A stretch of 64,000 nt of DNA, from contig NC_058135.1 of the NCBI RefSeq assembly GCF_016433145.1, positions 21,692,056 to 21,756,055 on the forward strand, read 5' to 3'. Positions 10,130 to 21,179 of the stretch are shown here, piece after piece (the stretch's first letter is position 1; each line of letters starts with the position of its first letter). Below the pieces are notes generated by a model. The model saw nothing but the letters and a program-made list of their open reading frames with translations. It was not told the DNA's origin and made no database searches. Made by a program: the position numbers and the translations under genes. This DNA comes from Gracilinanus agilis. Taxonomy: Eukaryota.

Positions 10130-12950
10130 ATACTAAAGTCATTTTTATAAAATGTCCTTTGCCCCTCAACAATGAACCTTCTGTAACAAAGAAAAACATC
10201 TTAGAAAAACTCAAATATCATGCCTTCATCTGACAATATTTATGCTATGTTCTGCATACAAAGAACTTGCCTTCTTACAAAGAAAGAAGTGTTTTTTTAA
10301 ATCATTTTTGTGGACCTAAGATTAGTTATTCCAATTAATCAGTTATTAAACAACCTTCTATGTTTTCATATGTATTATGCATATCGTCATCATGTATATT
10401 ATTTTTATACTTTTATAGTTCATATGAACCTACCTATATTCATTAATCTTTTTTTATAATTTCTTCAGACATGAATTACTTGAGGGATACCTAATTTTAT
10501 TTCAAGGTTTTTTTTGGGGGGAGGAGGTTGCTACCAGAAGAAAAAGTTATGCTGTCAATATTTTGATATATGTGGGGCTAATTATCTCTGACATTCTTTG
10601 CCAGATCAAAGGGTAATTACAGCTCAATGTCTTTTTTTGCATCATTCCAAATTATTTTTCATAATAGTTGGAAAATTTAATCATTTTCTCAATAGCATAT
10701 GAATGAGCTCATCTTTTCCTAGCCCATCCTACACTGATTATGTCCACTGTCATCTTTACTGCTTTATTAAGTAGAAGGTAAAATGAAGTTATTTAAATAA
10801 ACTTTTCTCTAATTATTATAGATTCGGAGACTTTTTTCATATTGCTGTTGGCATTTGGCAGTTCTTTTAAAATGTATTTGTTCATATCCTTTAACCATTT
10901 GTCTATTGGGTCAGATATTTTTGTGTAAATTTCTTATGTGTGTTAGTCATGTTTTTGAAGGGATCATCACACTTTCCATCATCACACTTTTAAAAGTATT
11001 TGTTGCAAATGTTTTTTTTTCTCATTTAACTACTTTTCTTACTTTTGGAACTGAATTGATTTTAAATATGCAAAAAAACTTGAATTTTGTGTAAAATTAT
11101 TTGTTCTATCTTTTATTATCCTCTCTGTTCCTTTTTAGATTAGGAAGATGGCCTTAAAACTAGAAAGAACTGAGTTCAAATGTTGTCTCTTGCATTCTGG
11201 TTATCTCAGTACTATAGGATATTCTCTAAGACTGTATGTTTCAAAAAGTTGCCAGTCTAGGTTGGTTGAAGGAGTTTATTTATCTGAGAGTTCCTTCTCT
11301 CAATTAAAAACAAATTCCATCTCTATTCCTATTCTCCTTTTAGTTAAGGATTTTCCTTTAAGCTATAGCTGTGAAAGCTGGCCTCATCTGTTCTTTACTG
11401 TTTTGTGAGGTCACCTTTTATATTTAGCTTAGTCATCTGCTTATAGCTTATTTCTGGCATATGTTCTAAGGTGTGATTAAAAACAGTATTCTGCTAAACT
11501 ACTTTTCCTTTTCCATGAGTTCTGATGAAATAGAGAGATGCATTTCTGGTAGTTTTTGCTGTTGAGTTTATTAAACACCAGACTTTTCTGTCTGGTTACA
11601 TTTGGTATGTGCTCATCTAGGCCTTTTTGCCTCAAAGTCTACTCATCATCCCAACCACTCCATAGATTAGTCACCCAAAAGGCAATTCCCCAGAAGCCCC
11701 ATACTTCCTGTTATGAGAAGTACTTCTGGGAAACATGGCCATTGAGTGGGTAAAGAGAATTTTTCAAAATGTCAACCAAATTCTTAGTTCCTTTTGGTCA
11801 AGATATTTTCTTGGTGCTCAACTAATGTAAGAATTTTGGTTTGTTTTTTTTTTATTAACATCTTATCTAGCCATTGAATCAAAAGAAAGTAAATTTCTTT
11901 GATTATTCTTTCATTTTAAACTCTTTACGATTTGTTTGTTCAGCCATGAATTGTTTTGACAATATGATTCAGATGTCTTCTCTTTTTTTGCAGGAGGGGG
12001 GTGTTTCATGCATTAGAATATTAACCCTGTAGGGCAAGAATTGCTTTTTTTTTGATGGAGGAAGGGGATGTTCTCCCTCTTTAGGATAGTGCCTGACTTG
12101 ATTTTTGTTAAAGGATATAAAATTTGTATGATATTTTCTTAGAGGTGTATCCAGAACTCCCTTGCCTCATGGACTAGTATATTCAGATATTTTCTTTGAT
12201 GTCTCAAAGATAAAGGAATGATCCTGCAATATTTTTAATGCTTTTCTTTCAGAGCCAAAGATGCTTTTTTTGGTTGCCTATATTTATTATTTGACATTAA
12301 AATTCTGAAGTTTAAAAATAATATTGATATATGATTAGAGCTTCTTTCTATCCATGATTTATGGATTCTAGCAATTAATACATTGCCCTTTGTTTTTAAT
12401 CAGTTTAGCCAAATTTCCTGTAATTCCTTCATTTTGGTGTTCAAGCTTTTCAACTTGTATTTTCTAGAACTCTGAAGCTTATCCTCAAAAGGACTTTCCT
12501 GTTTGCACTTTATCCTCCTTAATGATACGATTATTTTTATTATTTGTTAGAAGAAATTGAAAGGCTAGATTATATGTTGTTCAATCACCTAATCAGGTGA
12601 TGATTTCATCATTATCATTCCCATCTAGCTTACAGTGCTGTTACATTATAGGCATTAGTGTCTATACAGGGCTAAGTGCCAGTGGAATTTAGTTCAGCTA
12701 ATGAAGCTATTTTTTTTAAATGATCTCCCTGAAGACCTCCTATGTTACCTCATTTTCATCCAGTTTATCAGATAATATCTGTAATACCATCCAGAACGAC
12801 TGGCTCCTGCCATTTTTGATCATTTTAGTTTTTCTCAAATATTATTGCTCTTGCCTCTTTTAGGCCTGATAGAATATCTTTGAATTGGGTGAATTAAAAT
12901 TGTTAGTTCTCAGAGTATTTAAAAGTTATGATTTTTAAGTGGCTTAGAAA
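10130..12950 (-). mobile_element. Long, heavily decayed old L1 (3' UTR, ORF2 pieces, ORF1) with a small MIR insert at about 11155-11230
   Basis: T-rich antisense LINE text; at about 12130-12240 the antisense frame KYCRIIPLSLRHQRKYLNILVHEAREFWIHL loosely resembles the L1 ORF1 RRM region. No intact ORF. Confidence 0.55.
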
Positions 12951-14028
12951 AACATTTTAATATAAATGCTAAATCATTTCTCAGTCTTTGTAATGACTTA
13001 ACTACTAAATCCGAAATATTAGTAAAAACAGTAATACAACTGGCTAGAGCAGACTGTTGTGCTTTCTTTCAGTATTTCTCCACAAGAAAAACAATATTTA
13101 TTTTCTTGTGGCTATTTACAAAGTATCTATCATACAAAGAGATGTGCCTCATTCCTTTCCCCAAAGAACTTGCAACCTATTGGGGTAGAGAAGATTTATA
13201 CATAAAAACAAATAAGTAATGGCAGACTATATATGCTCATGTGCTATTAGATGAAAATAAGTAACTCTGCCAAAAAGAAAAAAGAAAAAAAAAGCTGCAG
13301 TAGTACCAAGAAGTACATAAGGACACATCCATCTTAACATGCTCTCTAGTGGATGACATTCAGTGCTTTAGTTAATCTCTGGTCTCATTGACACAGACTT
13401 TACTTGAATCCAGCTTTGCTCTTTCTCCCCTGGAGAGTCATGCTGGCCTAATGACATGACAGTCTAATGCACAAAATCTTTTTTTTTTAATTTTTATTTT
13501 TAAACCCTTAACTTCTGTGTATTGGCTCCTAGATGGAAGATTGGTAAGGGTGGGCAATGGGGGTCAAGTGACTTGCCCAGGGTCACACAGCTGGGAAGTG
13601 GCTGAGGCCGGGTTTGAACCTAGGACCTCCTGTCTCTAGGCCTGGCTCTCAATCCACTGAGCTACCCAGCTGCCCCATAATGCACAAAATCTTAAAGAAA
13701 CTTTAGTCTTAAAGAAGTTGTTGTTTGTCCTTCATATTTGAAGAGAATTAATGATATTACAATGTCAAGATCAAAGTACATATATGTTCCCTCATAGCTA
13801 ATCAGTCCAATAAAAACTCAACTAAAATGATTAATGCTTTGTATGATATTATATTCTTAGAGGTGTATCCAGATTGCCTTTGCCTTATGGACTAGTATAT
13901 TCAGATCTTTTCTTTGATGTCTCAAAGATGAAGGAATGATCCTGGCATATTTTTATTGATTTTCTTTCAAAGCCAAAAAATACTTTTTTTGGTTGCCTAT
14001 TTTTATTATTTGACATTAAAATTCTGAA
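12123..14028. repeat. Direct repeat pair of about 190 bp (12123-12309 and 13838-14028)
   Basis: By-eye alignment gives roughly 88-90% identity; shared blocks such as ttcttagaggtgtatccaga, atggactagtatattcagat and ttattatttgacattaaaattctgaa. Confidence 0.9.
13481..13677 (-). mobile_element. Full-length young SINE1_Mdo-like element with perfect 16-bp TSD
   Basis: Antisense head ...ccactgagctacccagctgcccc; T-tail; TSD taatgcacaaaatctt at 13465-13480 and 13678-13693. Confidence 0.95.
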
Positions 14029-14310
14029 ATCTACCATAGGTGAGGCACAAATAATTTGCTTGAACATTTGGGATAGAGCTATCCCTAGATTTGCTCCTCT
14101 GGTGGTTCCCTTGTGCTCATGAGATTCTATTTTGCTCAGTGCCTTCCTTGATGTGGGAATGCCGTGTTGGGTGGTCTGTGCCAATGTCTCCCATGTCTCA
14201 CAATAGATAGAAAGATCTTGGAGTTTCCTTGAACCACTTCTTCTGATCTCCCCGTGAATGCATACCTTATGTGAGGTTTCTGTAAAATAGATTTTTATGT
14301 AAACTTTCAG
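13718..14310 (-). mobile_element. RTE-clade LINE 3' fragment (RTE_Mdo/RTE1_Mars-like), split by a 190-bp insert at 13838-14028
   Basis: gttgttgtttgtccttcat...gaagag terminus, then ctaccataggtgaggcacaaat...cagtgccttccttgatgtgggaatgccgtgttgggtggtctgtgccaatgtctcccatgtc, matching the remembered antisense RTE ORF end and 3' UTR. Confidence 0.8.
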
Positions 14311-14426
14311 CCCCTAGTCTTGGATACTAAGAGTCTTAACAATCTGTGTCTTAATGCTCAGGGAAAAATGTAACATTGATGCACCAGTTGACATAGAACA
14401 GGAGGAAAGTATCCAAAAGTACTCAC

Positions 14427-14518
14427 TCCTCCGCATTTTGTACACGTGAGGAAAAAATCACAGCAATACCCAGGAGGCAATATATCTTCACTGAGTCCAC
14501 TGAGTTCATAGTAATCAT
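14427..14518 (-). CDS. Candidate first coding exon encoding a signal-peptide-like leader (MITMNSVDSVKIYCLLGIAVIFSSRVQNAE, phase-2 end); unidentified gene
   Basis: Seen: non-repeat segment with a canonical donor GGA|GTGAGT (intron starts 14426), ATGs at 14518 and 14509 (second has A at -3), hydrophobic core IYCLLGIAVIFSS, possible acceptor CAACAG| giving exon start 14565, and 4 CpGs in about 170 bp. Caveat: a second frame is open across the whole 139-nt exon (FTNNCGVHNGLTALVHDYYELSGLSEDILPPGYCCDFFLTCTKCGG). Confidence 0.35.
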
Positions 14519-15486
14519 GCACGAGTGCTGTTAATCCATTGTGCACCCCACAATTGTTTGTGAAACTGTTGATGGGCAGTAAGTAGGCTGCCCCTTGCCG
14601 GGAGAATTGCTCTCAGATAGCCCATCCTTGTCACTATCTAGTTCAGTCATGCCTTCTGTCTGATGTGTTTTTATTACTTTATTTTATCCTTCCACATGTG
14701 CTAGTTTTTTATACCTCTTAAAACATGTACCTTAGTGGATGAAATGAATGGTATTATCTGGGGCTATTTTTTAAATGAAAGTACTATTCATGAGTAAGTA
14801 TATAGTATTAGAAAATAAAATAAGTTAAATTTTGGAGTCAGAATCTTGATTATCATTGCATTGTGATCACATATTCATGTACTTGATTGGCTTTTCTGTT
14901 TGGAATTCCTCTGTTTTCCAATTGCCTTGACTGATTTTTGTTGTGAATTCAACTTATTTTTTGAATTTTCTTTCAGAGCAGATATCCTATTTGCTTCATT
15001 TAGTGAGAAATGACTTATATAGTTTCATAATAATTCTCCTTAATATGAAAGGAAGCTTTATAGAACATAAAATGAAAATGTTTCAGAAATGATAAATATG
15101 TTGTGACTTTTTGTCAGTTATAAACAACTGTTTATGTCATCTAAGCTGCAATTCTGAGCAGCCCTGGAGAAACCTATGGTATCCACAGGAAAGAACAAAA
15201 GGTTCATAGCAAAAGGATTACATTTTATACCTGCTGATAGAATAATAACTTAATCAGCCTTCTTAGATTTCATTATTTCTCTTTGACACAATCCTATATA
15301 TAATGGAGAAATGTGAATGAATCATGAAAAAGTGATGGAATGAACTTCTATATTTTAAACACACACAAAAATACACATAGAATATTACATTTACAAGAAG
15401 TCTGTTATTGGAGATATAAATATAGGTATGGATATAGATATAGATTTAGATTTAGACAAATTAGTCTATCTCTATAGCTATTTTTG

Positions 15487-15745
15487 GCAGGAAGATGGTT
15501 CAATGGATAGAGTGTGTGGTCTAGAGTCCAGAAACCTCATCATCCTGAATTCATATCTGGCCTCATACACTTATTAGATGTGTGACCTTGGAAAATTATT
15601 TGACCCTTTGTACCTTAGTTTCCTCATCTGTAAAATGAGTTGGAGAAGGACATGGCAAACCATGACAGGGTCTCTCTCCAAAAAAAAAGGCAAACCAGGT
15701 CATGAAGAGTCAGATATGAATGAAAACAACTGAAAGAAAACAACA
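15487..15745 (+). mobile_element. MAR1-type SINE (CORE with RTE-derived tail)
   Basis: tRNA-like head, core tagtttcctcatctgtaaaatgag, tail ggagaaggacatggcaaacc...gtcatgaagagtcagatatgaatgaaaacaactgaa. Confidence 0.85.
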
Positions 15746-16353
15746 GTAAATATCTGTTTTTATAATGTTTATTAGCAATATCTTAAAGTTGAAAGAGAGC
15801 GTATTAGTACAAAAAAGTAACAATGTGCTAATGAAAATTAATAGTTTCAGATCCAGCTCCTTTTCTAAGGTCATCATATATATTTCAGTTAAAATTTTTT
15901 ATCTGTAACTTCATTTACCATTGAATCTTTTTTTGAACTGTTCTAAAATATTAACAACACTCAAATACTGTGATCTTAAATTTGAAACATAAACAGAAGT
16001 CCTCAGTATCAAATAATATCAGAGAAGACCAGACATGGTGTTTAATTTCCATTAATGTTATTTAAGCATTAAGCATTGAAAGTTCTAAAAATGTGCATCT
16101 CTAAACAGAAATTCTTAAAATCTCTCCATATAACCTCATAGCAATATGTATGTTCATGTCAATCTCTCTTTATCTGACTATCTCAATTGCATCTATATGC
16201 CATCTTAATAGATGCAGGAGGATCATAAGATGAGATTATTGAAAGAAATGGCCAATATTTACCCTCTATAAAGCTAGTTTCCTGTTATTTGGTGGGCATC
16301 ATTTCTTTGCAACAATCTGCTTATAATAAATTTATAAAATGAGATTTTTAATA

Positions 16354-16850
16354 AAGTAGGCTCCAGTATCTGTGGGGGATATGTTCCCAGACTTACTATG
16401 GATATCTAAAACCACAGATTTAAGTGAACACCTCCTGGTAACCACAGGCAACTGAATCAGTGGATTATCGACCATAGCTACCACAAATGCACTCTCAGCA
16501 CCAATACTTTTACACTTGTATCATCATTATTATAGCAAATAGGGATTTTCTTAAACAAAGGCACTGTGATAACACCAGAAAATGTGATTAAATAAAAATA
16601 CTAGAAGCAGGCTGAAGCAAAGTTTTGCATTGATGCTTGAATATGGTGGGAACAAAGGTTGATGAGTCATGTGCTGGGCTGGCAGACTTCATGTAACAGC
16701 CTATATTCACTGGGTTGAAATATATGAGCCCTTTGTTTTGTTTTGTTTTGTTTTTCTGGAGTTTTCCAAATTATTCTTTTTTTCCTTTACATTTAACCAT
16801 GAGTAATTGGATCGGTAGATACTGAATCAGAGGATAGAGGGGTACAACTG
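16354..16850. mobile_element. TcMar-Tigger-like non-autonomous DNA transposon (MER2/MER44-like MITE)
   Basis: Left end aagtaggctccagtatctgtgggggatatgttcc and right end gatactgaatcagaggatagaggggtacaactg resemble Tigger-family inverted termini; TA on both sides (16352-16353, 16851-16852). TIRs diverged. Confidence 0.7.
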
Positions 16851-17074
16851 TACTATTAAAACAGTTCTTGTTACAAGTCCAGAGATATTTCAAGTGGTTC
16901 TGCTGACATAAAAAAGTTTTAATTTTGCTTTATTCCCCAAAGTATCAGTAGCTAAAGTAAATTTTTCAGGTAGTTTATACATATGTGTACACATGTACAT
17001 ATACATATATATGCAACCGAGTAAGTGCCCCCCATCCCCTTCCCTCTGATCCAACTTTGATATCTCTTCTTTTG

Positions 17075-17370
17075 CCAGTCTTTCAATAAACATTTATTAA
17101 ACACTTGCTAGGTGCCAGGCATTGTGCTCCAAGTGGATTCTTTTTTTTTTCAGTATGAAATTTATGAACTCTTCATTGCTGATTTTATTGAACTGCAAAC
17201 GCCCCAAAGGTAGAGACCATATCTTGATTAGATAAGGGTAATAAAACATTTATTAAGCAGTTAGTTTGTGCTAGACTCCTCTAAAATCTAGGAATATAAA
17301 TAAAAGGAAAATAAAGTTTTTCCCTGCTCACATTCTCATAGGGGGAAACAACATATAAAAAGAAGCTCAA
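17075..17370 (-). mobile_element. Cluster of L2 3' end fragments
   Basis: Two copies of the antisense L2 terminus (caataaacatttattaaacacttgctaggtgccaggc; aaaacatttattaagcag). Confidence 0.65.
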
Positions 17371-18094
17371 ACGTAGAGGAAGGAGGGTTAATGGAAGGGA
17401 GATAAATAACTTGAGTAGTTAAGGATGAGCTGGATTAGAAATGAGCTTAGCTAAGTGGATAACTTGCTCAAATTGCAATTCTTATGTCTTAGTAGCATAT
17501 ATGTCAACTAATAGTGATTTGTACTATGTATGTCTACTATGGGCTCAAAGTATCTCTGTGGAATGAATGGCTAAGTTTCCAAATCACTGAAGATGGTTAA
17601 TGTTCCATAGGATATATGGTGACATGAAATTCTGCCCTGGATAAGTAAGTATAGCTTAATTCTAGTATTCTACATTTTCAGACCCTTTCCCCTCTCAACT
17701 GCATTGCTCATTTATTTTTCAAAACCTCTTCTTTTTTGTCTGTATACTCTCAGCTCACCTTTGTCGTTCAGCAGGAGACACTATCCTTCTCTAAAAAAAA
17801 AAAAAAAGAAAAGAAAACCACTGGTCATTAACTTCCTCTTAAGCCCTACCCCTAGGTATTAGCTGTCCCTAGATTTTTGAGCTTTGGCTATCTCTTTCTT
17901 CTTTTCTTGACATATTTCTTTTAATTTCCTTTGTAGGGTCATTATCCATAATGCATACATTATATATGGATATATATTCCAGGGCTCTGTTTAGAAACCT
18001 CTCATCTTTTCTCTTTATTACCTTTTATTAATTTATTTATTTGCCCTTGTTAGCATCAACTCAAAAAGACCAAGGAAAACTTCTTTAAAAATGG

Positions 18095-18392
18095 AATATA
18101 TTCACATTCAGAGGAAGAACTGTGGGAGTAGAAACACAGAAGGAAAACAACTGCTTGAACACATGAGTTGATGCGGATATGATTTGGGATGTAGACTCGA
18201 AATGACCACACCAATGCAACTATCAATAATATGGAAATAGGTCTTGGTTAATGACACATGTAAAACCCAGTGGAAATGCATGTCAGCTACAGCTTGTGGG
18301 GGGGCCTTGTTTGGGGGGGTGGAGAGAAAGGAAATAAATCATGTAACCATGGAAAAATTTTCTAAAACATAAAAAATGAATTAAAAATGGAA
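18095..18392 (+). mobile_element. L1 3' UTR (young opossum-type subfamily)
   Basis: cacattcagaggaagaactgtgggagtag...aatcatgtaaccatggaaaaattttctaaa; G-rich tract at about 18298-18321. Confidence 0.9.
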
Positions 18393-18421
18393 TTTATTGA
18401 GAGAGAGAAAAGTGGGGAGTA

Positions 18422-18870
18422 GTGTCTCACATCATTGACCTAAGACAATGTTCCCCAGATTTACAGAGGGAAATGTGTGGCCATGTCTGAAGTCATTAAC
18501 CTGAGCCAAAATGACTTCTGATACAATGTCTAAAGATTTACAGAGACACTCTTAACTTATAGGCAAAGTCAATAGACTTATTTTACACATTCAAGCCTTC
18601 CTTCAAATTAACATTTTTAAAAAATGGTCAAGATTTGGCGATAGAGATTTTATTCCAAAAATAAAGGACAGGAATATTGTACAAAGAGAGGAGTTCAGGG
18701 CTGGATTACCTGGTAGAAGCCGATGTTTTACAATGGATTCAATGGGATCATTCCAGCCCTGAGACTTGACCATCCGGGAGAGGCCTCTGACACAATGGGA
18801 GAAATTCCCAAGCAGTCTGGAGATTCCTTTAAGGCAAATTCTCAGGAGATAGGGACAAACTTTTTAATAT
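18422..18870 (-). mobile_element. Possible LTR-derived segment inserted into L2
   Basis: Higher-GC non-LINE sequence between L1 and L2 pieces with an antisense AATAAA near 18650; termini and TSD not resolved. Confidence 0.35.
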
Positions 18871-18879
18871 CTTAAAGTA

Positions 18880-20320
18880 GAAACTCACTGGAGGGGATTA
18901 AGGTTGAAGGAGAGGTAATCATCAGGGGATAGGAAATCTTGAAGATAGTAATAACTTGAGAATAACATACTAATTTCTTATTCCACACAATATGATGCAA
19001 AGTTATCTTAAGTTCAACATTTACAAAACAAGGTTCATCATTTCCCCCAAAAAACTTCCATCCTCCCAACTTGCCTGTTTCTGTGTCTGACACATCCATT
19101 ATTTCAAGAGTCTCAGCTTCAGAATTTAAAATCATTCCAAGCTCTTCACTGTCATGCCAATCATTTTGTGATTGTTGTTCCATTAACTTTTCTCAGCATC
19201 TCTTACATTCATCCTCCTCTTTCCACTCACATGGTAGCATCACAATCCAGACTCATTTCATTTTCTCCCCTGGACAAATGGAATCATTTTCCACATGGTC
19301 TCCTGACATCGAGCTTTTTTACTTCCCCAACTTATCCTTCATACACCTAACCAATTGATATTCAGCAAAGCTTTGATCATGTTACCCCTCCACTCAGAAG
19401 CTTCAGTGACTTCCATGCTTCTTTAGCACACAGTGAAAACTTTTGTATTTGGCATATAAAGTCCTTTGCAATCTGGTTTTGCAGGCTGATTATGCACAGT
19501 TCTCAGCATTCTCTGCACTCCAGCCAAACTGATATATTTACTATTCCCTGCACATGCCATTCCATGTCATGTCTCTGTGCCTTTAAATAGGCTGTCTCTG
19601 AGGCCTGAGATGCTTTTCTTTTTCCCCTCTGCCTCCTGATACCCTAAATTTCTTTAAAGGGTCATTTCAAGTACCACTTCATTAAAGAGGCATTTTTGGA
19701 TTCCCCCAGTCTTTTGGCCACAAGTATCTTCCATGTCTCCTGGAAAAGAGTGTGAAAATGACTTTTTTTCTAAATCAGTACACTGATCATGATTCTCTGC
19801 CTACCCCACAATTTCCATATGGCTCTCTATTACCTATAGGATGTAAGGATCAATTACAATCAATTAATTGAATTCTCTTTTGCATTTAAAGCTCTTACCA
19901 GTCTAGCAAAAATGCTCTCTTGCCAATTTTCTTACATATTATTTCTCTTCATGAACACTCAGTCTAGTCATACTGGTCTTCTTACTGTTCCTCATACAAT
20001 TCCATCTCCCAGCTCAATGCCTTGGTACCAGCTGTCCCATCATGCCTTGAATCCTCTTCCTACTTACTTCTACTTTCTGGAGACCCTGTTTTCCTTCAAA
20101 ACTCAATTCAAATGTCATCTATTACAAGAGACCTCTCCTTACCGCCTGCTACAATCATTCCCTGTAAGGTTATCTTCCAGCTGCTCTGCAGGTATCATCT
20201 ATATAACAGAATGAAGACAGGAATTGGCTTTTGTTTTGAACTTTCTTTCCCCGGCACTCAGCCTAGTACTTGTTTCACAGTATTCAGTAAATGCTCATTA
20301 AGGATTTTATTGATTGATCC
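18880..20320 (+). mobile_element. L2 3' region (two pieces, about 18880-19710 and 19870-20320)
   Basis: Pyrimidine-rich L2 text (aagttcaacatttacaaaacaag...; ccagctcaatgccttgg...tcaaaactcaattcaaatgtc) ending in cctagtacttg...aatgctcatt. ORFs 18872-19358 and 19912-20333 are spurious L2 frames. Confidence 0.8.
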
Positions 20321-21179
20321 TGTTCTTACTTAGCTGTGAATGTGTATCCCACTAATAGAATATACTCTTTTTGAAGTCATAGATTTCTGTCTTTTTATTT
20401 CAAATGCCTAGCAGAAACTTAAGTATTTGTTTATTTATGGATTTCTTCTCCCACAGAGTGTTACAATTGTAGCAGATTTTGAAACATTTTCCCCTTCTGA
20501 ATTTCATAAAATGTCAAAAATAAAGATAGTTCTGGGGGATTCCTAAGAAAAAACAAAGCATAACAACAACCAAAAAAGCCAACTTCTAAACTCATCCTTT
20601 ATTCTAATGAGAGGGAGTGTGGTATAATGAAAAGAATATTGAGTGAAGAGTTGGGAAACTGGGGTTGCAATTTATCCTCAGAGAGGAATGGATGAATGAA
20701 GTATTAATTAACTTCTTATTACATGTAAACGTTGTTGTGTTAAATACTGGTTATGTAAACATAAAAGTAAGACAATCAATGCTCTCAAGGAGCTCACATT
20801 CTAATGGAGCTATATATGTTGCCTGCTCCATTAGAATAAATAATAAAAGCCCTATGTATAGTTTCATCTACAAATTAGATGGAAAAGTTCCGTAGTTCTT
20901 AGGGTTCTGTGGTAAGTAGATGTTAATGCCTCTTCTTTAACATCATTATTTCATGTTACTATTCTCAGTACTCTTGAGTTCAGGATCCTGGGCTGCCCAG
21001 ATAAGGATCCGAGGAGAGATAGTGCTTACATTTACTAGCTGTGCAACCGCAGGCAAGTCATGACTCTGAGACTCCTTATCTATTAAATGATGATGCTAAG
21101 ATCTTTAATGCTTCCTTCATAAATATAGGCTGAAGAAAATACTTTACACAAATTTAAACATGTTGCCAAATCACCAAAG

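Noticed and set aside
13140-13300. Very strong minus-strand polypyrimidine acceptor near 13265
   Set aside because: Stops in all three frames, weak donor; the tract is an A-rich run next to an L2 end.
13885-14184. 99-aa minus-strand ORF
   Set aside because: A chimera of RTE ORF end and the duplicated L1-derived insert.
14362-14445. Plus-strand 84-nt exon (EKCNIDAPVDIEQEESIQKYSLLRILY) with AG/GTGAGG boundaries
   Set aside because: It overlaps the better-supported minus-strand exon in antisense, has weaker splice sites and has no convincing partner exons.
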